DNA of 64,000 bases, from NCBI GenBank assembly GCA_041690135.1, contig JAWLHY010000009.1:224001-288000 (forward strand), in the 5' to 3' direction. This document shows, in pieces, positions 58,693-64,000 of this stretch; within the stretch, counting starts at the first letter, position 1, and every line of letters starts with the position of its first letter. Both the position numbers and the translations under genes were made by a program. Source of the DNA: Armatimonadota bacterium (GTDB taxonomy: Bacteria > Armatimonadota > SYMT01). The notes beneath the pieces were generated by a model. The model saw only the letters and a program-made list of their open reading frames with translations, ran no database searches and was not told the origin of the DNA.

Positions 58693-59241
58693 ATGATTGA
58701 GAGTTATATGTCCTGGGAAGGCGGGGTGGATCTGGTAGGCAGCACGGATCCGAACTCCGCACAACCCAATGTCATCATCCACGTGGCGCGCGTGGTTCAC
58801 ACTCCCGTCGGTTCCGCGCCATCCGGACTGGTTCTTTTCCAGCCGGACCCGGCGGCGCCACCCGCCGTGATAGGGTTTGTATCGGCCGATTCCACGGTGG
58901 GTGCCTATTTTGGACCGCACATCTTCGCAGGCACCCCGTTCGAGGCCGCGCCGGTACTGGAAGCGGAGATCCAGATCCAGGAAGACCTGCCAGGAACTGT
59001 CGGAGCGCGGGTCCGTGTGGGTAATTACCTCTTCGAGACACGCCTGTCGCAACTGGCTCCGCTGGAAGTCGTGCACCGGCCCGCGCAGCACTTGCCGTTC
59101 CTCCAGCAGGGGTTGGAAGCGGCCGCCGGCTCCGTGGAAGTCCGGGTGAACGGGAACGCGACTCAGGTGTTCGTTCCCCAAGTGGGGATGTCCGGCGGCC
59201 CAGGTGCTGTCTGGGCGCCGTGCGGCGTCTACGCCCGCTAG
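58693..59241 (+). CDS. Hypothetical protein
   Basis: 182-aa ORF with high-GC3 codon use and beta-rich pattern; convergent overlap with the CHAT gene. Confidence 0.65.
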   Translation: MIESYMSWEGGVDLVGSTDPNSAQPNVIIHVARVVHTPVGSAPSGLVLFQPDPAAPPAVIGFVSADSTVGAYFGPHIFAGTPFEAAPVLEAEIQIQEDLPGTVGARVRVGNYLFETRLSQLAPLEVVHRPAQHLPFLQQGLEAAAGSVEVRVNGNATQVFVPQVGMSGGPGAVWAPCGVYAR

Positions 59242-62200
59242 TTGCTCGCCGGTAGGCTCCGCCACTGCCCCAGGAGCGCGAAGGGGGCCCAGTAGTACGG
59301 GTGAGTGTATTTCTTGCCGCGCAGCAGTGAGAGTTGGGCCTGTCGCAGGGCTTCGGCACGCGACTGCGGCTGCCTCTCCCGCTCTTTAGCCAACTCACGG
59401 TAGAAGGCCGTCATCAGGGCGCCGGTGCTTTCGTCCGCTACCTGCCAGTGGCTGGCAACGGTGCCGGCCGCTCCACCGGCGAAAAGGGCCCAGGTCAGGC
59501 CCAGAATACCCTCGCCGCGCACCTTTTGACCGAGGGCCGTTTCGCAGGCGGACATCACGACGAGGTCGGCACTCAACTCCATCTCCGCCAGCTCCCGGGC
59601 CTGCAAGAAGCCGTCGTGGCGTCCGTCACCTGTCAAGACGAGAGAGGAGAACATGGGGGCGGAAGGGTCGAGCATGCCGTGCGTCGCAAAGTGTGCGAAG
59701 CGCGCGCGTCGCAGCAGTTCGTGTGCACGGCTTTCAAGGGCACGCTCTCCCGTCAAAACGACGGCCCCCGACCCGAAATGACGCGAGATGGCGTTCACCT
59801 CTCCTGCCGCCGCCGGAAGCTCGGGAAGACGAGTAGGAAACACCGGGCTTCCGAAGGCTACCAGCGGGAGGCGATCTCCGCGTGCCGGTCTCCGCTGGAG
59901 CATCTCTGTCATCCGGAGTAGGGCCGTGGCGGATGGCGCATAACTGATCGCGTACTTCGCAGCCAGCGGTGTCGCACCCGAGTCGAGCAGGGCGGCAAAA
60001 GCAAGCGTGCTCAACTCGGTATCCGGAACCACGATCAGATGCTCCTTCCCGGCCAGAGCCGGGGCGGCCGGAGCGATGAGCCGCTGGAAGAGCCAACGAC
60101 CCGCAGCTTCATAGTCGCCGCCCGGCGTCGAACACCCCTGCCAGTGCTCGTCAACTCGGTTCGCGAGTTGGGAGCGGGTGACGGACGACCGGTACAGCTC
60201 AATGCGCGGTTGCCCTCGCTTGTCGTGATGGAGCACGAAGAGCAGGGTCTCCCGGTCGAGCACCAGGTAGGAAAGCAGCGCGGACTTCGGCGAGGCCGCG
60301 AGTAGCTTCGTCAGGAGTTCCTGGGGGGCCGCGGGAGAAAACTCGGCGCGGCGCGTGCGGAGGTCCGGAAGCTGCAGGAACAGACGCTCCCGGAACGCCT
60401 GGAGATCGGAGCGGACCTGGTTGCGCTCCTCGGTCAGCTTCTCCAGGGCATCCGTCAGGACTGTCTTATCGATGGCGGTGGAGAGTGAAGCCAGACGACT
60501 CTCCAACGAGGCTTCTCTCCCCTTTTGCTCCGGAGTCATCGAGCGCGTGAGGCGGACGTTCCCGCTCCGAAGGACGTCGACCAGCGCGCGGGCCTTGAAT
60601 TGTTCGGAGACGGCGAAGGCCTGGGCCGTGTCTCCCACTTTCAAATAGCTATCCGCCAGTTTCAGATAGACGGATGCGTGGAGACGGAGAAAGCTGGTCT
60701 GGAGGGAGCCGACTTCGGCCTGCGTGCGGATCTGTTCGATCAACTCCACGGCCTGGCGGAGATGGATGGCTGCCTGGGGGTAGTTTTTCCAATCGCGGTA
60801 GAGATCCCCCTGGTGAATCCGGATCATCTGGAGGACCGCGGAAGCCCCAGCTTCCGCCGCCATCGCGGCTGCCGTCTCGAAATGCCGGGCGGCAGCCGCA
60901 CGGTAATCCGGCTGCCGGCGTTCGCGGAGATCCACGACCGCCAGGCCCATTGTGGCCATCGCTTCCATGCCCCGGTGGCGGTTGGCACGGGCCGCGTCCA
61001 ACATCTCCCGGTAGGCGTCGCGGGCCGCATTCCACGCTTCCATCCGCACGCCGACCTCGCCCAGGTTGCTCCAGATCTGTGGCAGGAACCGGTCGTTCTT
61101 CAGCTCGCTTGCCAGCTTCGCGCTGGCGAAGCCGCTTTCCATGGCCTCATCCAACTGGTTGCGCTCCAGAAGGTAGACGGTCAGGTTGTGCTGGGCAATC
61201 AACTCGTCTTCCTTGCGCCCCAACTTCCGGGCCAGTTGCACGGCTGCCCGGAGTGCTTCGTTGGCTTCCGCGAAGCGCCCGACCACCTGATAGAGATTGC
61301 CCAGGTTTGTGAGGATCGGCCCTTCCGCCGTGAAGTCGTCGATCTCCTGAAAGATGCGGCGGGCCTCTTCGTAGCCGCGCAGGGCTTCGGCGTACCGTTG
61401 GAGGTCCTGCTGCACCGCCGCGATGTTCCCGATGAGGATAGCCTGCGTGCGGCGGTTGCCGAGTTTGCGCTGGAGTTCGAGGGCAGTCTGGTAGGAGGTG
61501 AGGGCGTCGGTGGGTTTTCCGCTGTACTGCTGTGCTAGGCCGAGGTCCTGAAGCGCGGCAGCTTCCTCGGGTGCGTCTTTGATCTTCCGGAAGTGCTCGA
61601 TGGCCAGGTTATATGCCTTGAAGGCCTTATCGTAGTTCGCCGTCGTGCTGTAGATGTGCGCGCTGTTGCGCCAGATCTTCGCGAGACCTTCGTCATCCTG
61701 GAGCTTTTCAAAGAGCTGCCGGGCCTGTTCGTTGTCCCGGAGGGCGACGTTCCACTGCAATTGCTTTCTCCGGACGTAGCCGCGTATCAGGTAACAGTAG
61801 GCGCGCTCGAAGTCACTCTTCATCCACTCGGCGGCCTCAAACGAGAGTTCGACGAAGCGATCCGCCTCCTCTGGTTTACCGGCGTCGGCGAGCTTGTTCG
61901 CCTCTCCGCGCAAGGAATAGGGGAGCCAGCCCCCCGCGAGGTCGGAGTTGCGGTCCAGCAGCGCATGACGGTCCGCGGGGGAAGCGGCTTTCAAAAAGGA
62001 TTGATAGAAGTGCCGCTCCGCCATTCGGAAGCCGTGGAGCTTCCAGGCGCCGGCCTCGAACACGAAGCGGAGATCGAGGGTCTGGGCCCCCTCGACGGGA
62101 GCGCCGTTCTTGGGGTCTTTCGTCTTCCAGTCCAGGCGAATCCGGCCGAAAGCTACTTCTCCATCATCGGACTGGATACGGAACCGGGAGTGGCGGAGCT

Positions 62201-62462
62201 CCACGCCGCGGTCCGCCGCCAGTTCCTGGGTCAGGTAGGTCCAGAATTCCTGGTTGAGAGCCCGGTCCGCGATCATCCAGCGGAACGCCTCTGTCTGGTC
62301 TCGCCGCGCGAACGCTTCGAGGAACCGCTCAACGGCGGTGCGTTGAGCCATCTCCGCCGTCGTCTGGGCCGGCAGCGGTCCGACGAGCGTCAGGATGAGA
62401 AGAACGGCAAAAAGGCTAGCAAACATGCCGGAGTACCGGGGACCATCTGCCAAGCGGACCAT
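59238..62462 (-). CDS. Exported TPR-CHAT (caspase-like) protease
   Basis: Signal/TM, TPR array, HFATHG and MSACET catalytic dyad, HPYYWAPF. Confidence 0.93.
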   Translation of the reverse strand: MVRLADGPRYSGMFASLFAVLLILTLVGPLPAQTTAEMAQRTAVERFLEAFARRDQTEAFRWMIADRALNQEFWTYLTQELAADRGVELRHSRFRIQSDDGEVAFGRIRLDWKTKDPKNGAPVEGAQTLDLRFVFEAGAWKLHGFRMAERHFYQSFLKAASPADRHALLDRNSDLAGGWLPYSLRGEANKLADAGKPEEADRFVELSFEAAEWMKSDFERAYCYLIRGYVRRKQLQWNVALRDNEQARQLFEKLQDDEGLAKIWRNSAHIYSTTANYDKAFKAYNLAIEHFRKIKDAPEEAAALQDLGLAQQYSGKPTDALTSYQTALELQRKLGNRRTQAILIGNIAAVQQDLQRYAEALRGYEEARRIFQEIDDFTAEGPILTNLGNLYQVVGRFAEANEALRAAVQLARKLGRKEDELIAQHNLTVYLLERNQLDEAMESGFASAKLASELKNDRFLPQIWSNLGEVGVRMEAWNAARDAYREMLDAARANRHRGMEAMATMGLAVVDLRERRQPDYRAAAARHFETAAAMAAEAGASAVLQMIRIHQGDLYRDWKNYPQAAIHLRQAVELIEQIRTQAEVGSLQTSFLRLHASVYLKLADSYLKVGDTAQAFAVSEQFKARALVDVLRSGNVRLTRSMTPEQKGREASLESRLASLSTAIDKTVLTDALEKLTEERNQVRSDLQAFRERLFLQLPDLRTRRAEFSPAAPQELLTKLLAASPKSALLSYLVLDRETLLFVLHHDKRGQPRIELYRSSVTRSQLANRVDEHWQGCSTPGGDYEAAGRWLFQRLIAPAAPALAGKEHLIVVPDTELSTLAFAALLDSGATPLAAKYAISYAPSATALLRMTEMLQRRPARGDRLPLVAFGSPVFPTRLPELPAAAGEVNAISRHFGSGAVVLTGERALESRAHELLRRARFAHFATHGMLDPSAPMFSSLVLTGDGRHDGFLQARELAEMELSADLVVMSACETALGQKVRGEGILGLTWALFAGGAAGTVASHWQVADESTGALMTAFYRELAKERERQPQSRAEALRQAQLSLLRGKKYTHPYYWAPFALLGQWRSLPASN

Positions 62463-62849
62463 AAGCCGTTTCCTTCCTAACCCACCATCGGCCGGCACGA
62501 CCCCTCGCTCTGGCCACCGGAGTTTCCGGGGGCGCCATCCCGGTTCCTCAATCCCCAGGACTTCGCCAGGGCCATGCCCCGAGAATCTTTCGCTGCTCCC
62601 ACGCCGGATGGTTCCCACACCACTTACCAATATGGCTGCACCACGGGCGACCTATAGCTTGGGGAGTAACGACCCTACCGTTGCAACTTACAACTGCAGG
62701 GAGAGACGCTTCCTTCCTGAGAAGGGAAGCTCTTATCCACCGATGAACGGCTATCTGCAGGCTCCATTTGTGCTTAAGATTAAAGTATTTCGCATATTGA
62801 TTGACTATGCACCAATTCTATTGCGAGTAGGAATAGATCTGGTCCGTTA

Positions 62850-62881
62850 GAAGGGAAGGCTGATGTGACCGCCGACAATCC
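62850..62881 (+). promoter_or_regulatory. Putative alternative-sigma promoter, copy 3 (GAAGGG-N15-GCCGACAATCC)
   Basis: Same two boxes and spacing as copies 1 and 2. Confidence 0.5.
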
Positions 62882-62995
62882 GAGGGGGCTTTCGTGACGG
62901 AAGTCAAAGTTGTAATTCGATTTGCAATTATCGGGGCATTCTGAAAAGCCGGAAGGTCAATCCCTTTGCTACGGTGGGAGCCGGGCGAACGGCCT

Positions 62996-64000
62996 ATGAG
63001 CAGTATTGGTGCGATTTTGGATTGGTCCGGAGACGGGCTGCTGGCACGGGGTCTCTGCCGGATGGCGGAGAAACTGGACCGTCGGGGTCGCGATGGCGTG
63101 GACACCTGGTCGGAGGGGAAGGTGGGCCTGGTCCACGCTCATGCCTGGGTTCTTCCGGAAGAAGTGGGGGAGAGGCAGCCGATCACCTCCCCATGCGGTC
63201 GGCTGCGGATTTCGGCGAACGCCCGGATCGACAACCGGCCGGAATTGCTCGCGGAGCTGGTGGGTCTTGGGATCCAAGCGCAGTCCAGCGATGCACAGTA
63301 CATCCTGGCGGCCTATCAGCGATGGGGAGAGGACTGCGTTCAGTACCTGGTGGGGGACTTCGCATTTGCCCTGTGGGATGCGGATCGGGAGATACTCCTC
63401 TGCGCGCGCGATGCGTTGGGCGTGCGACCGCTGCACTACTCCCGGTCCGGCGGAAGCGTAATCGTTGCGAGTGAAACCGGAACCCTTCTGGCGGCTCTGC
63501 CGCAAACGCCCCACTTCAACCGTGCATTCCTCGAAGATCTGCTGGCCAATGCCTGGGACCGTTCGTTGCACGAGACGGCGTACCAGGGGGTCTACCGGGT
63601 TCCCCCAGGCTACCGGATCACTTTCCGCCGGAATGACGTGCGCCTGGTGCGCTACTGGGATCCGAAGGCGGTTGGGTCCTCGGTTGAATTCGGTGCGCCG
63701 GAGTGCTTCGAGCGTTTCCACGCCCTCCTCTCGCGGGCGGTTTCGGATCGACTCCGGGCCATCGATCCAGTGGGAGTTGCCGTGAGTGGTGGGATGGACT
63801 CCTCCTCCATCGCCTGCCTGGCACAAGAACTGCAACCCAAACAGGATGTCCAAGTGCCAGTTTGGTTGCTTACAACGATTTATGAATGCACTCCGGGCGC
63901 GGATGAGCGGGATTACTTCGAGGCGGTGGCCGCACGCTGCCCTGCCCTGCAAGCAGAGCGAATCCTTTCGGATGACTGCTGGTCGCTCCGGGAGTTTGGG
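62996..64000 (+). CDS. Asparagine-synthase-like protein lacking the N-terminal Cys (lasso peptide cyclase-like); truncated by window end
   Basis: Hand translation: MSSIGAILDW..RGRDG..ERQP..ARIDNRPEL..AAYQRWGEDC..GDFAFALWD..ARDALGVRPL..VSGGMDSSSI..DER; absent from the ORF track. Confidence 0.85.
   Translation, partial: MSSIGAILDWSGDGLLARGLCRMAEKLDRRGRDGVDTWSEGKVGLVHAHAWVLPEEVGERQPITSPCGRLRISANARIDNRPELLAELVGLGIQAQSSDAQYILAAYQRWGEDCVQYLVGDFAFALWDADREILLCARDALGVRPLHYSRSGGSVIVASETGTLLAALPQTPHFNRAFLEDLLANAWDRSLHETAYQGVYRVPPGYRITFRRNDVRLVRYWDPKAVGSSVEFGAPECFERFHALLSRAVSDRLRAIDPVGVAVSGGMDSSSIACLAQELQPKQDVQVPVWLLTTIYECTPGADERDYFEAVAARCPALQAERILSDDCWSLREFG

Noticed and set aside
62742-62850. Small ORF MNGYLQAPFVLK... 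as a lasso precursor
   Set aside because: No proper YxxPxL leader, no Thr(-2) or Gly-started core with Asp/Glu at 7-9; lies in an AT-rich promoter region.

Overview
High-GC bacterial window, probably Armatimonadota (inferred from a prepilin/DUF1559 protein with the '[10 protein letters not shown]' signature and TPR-CRTAC1 pairs). Bases 1-43,260 are one co-directional surface-glycan biosynthesis cluster of about 38 genes. It has many GT4/GT2 glycosyltransferases, gmd, rmlC, NDP-sugar epimerases, C-/O-methyltransferases, a carbamoyltransferase with SxtJ/SxtK-like partners, asnB, a PIG-L deacetylase, WbqC, a DegT aminotransferase, a WecA/MraY-like initiator and an O-antigen-ligase-like protein. 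The right third holds an esterase, an HMA-fold protein, a TPR-CRTAC1-TPR-CRTAC1 operon facing a lipoprotein-DUF1559 operon, an S8 protease, a TPR-CHAT protease and a truncated asparagine-synthase-like (lasso-cyclase-like) gene that the ORF track missed. Strongest unexplained signals: (1) a ~460-nt, pseudoknot-capable structured non-coding element inside the glycan operon (11,709-12,172), plus a second ~180-nt one (23,458-23,639); (2) an exported HMA-fold protein that lacks CxxC and whose UGA 'stop' is followed by Cys-Arg-stop and a SECIS-like hairpin 11 nt downstream, i.e. a candidate selenoprotein ending GG-U-C-R; (3) a repeated promoter-like motif GAAGGG-N15-16-GCCGAYAATC upstream of three genes; (4) tandem LacI-type operators upstream of the lipoprotein-DUF1559 operon. 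All calls come from reading the sequence by eye; no searches or folding programs were run.
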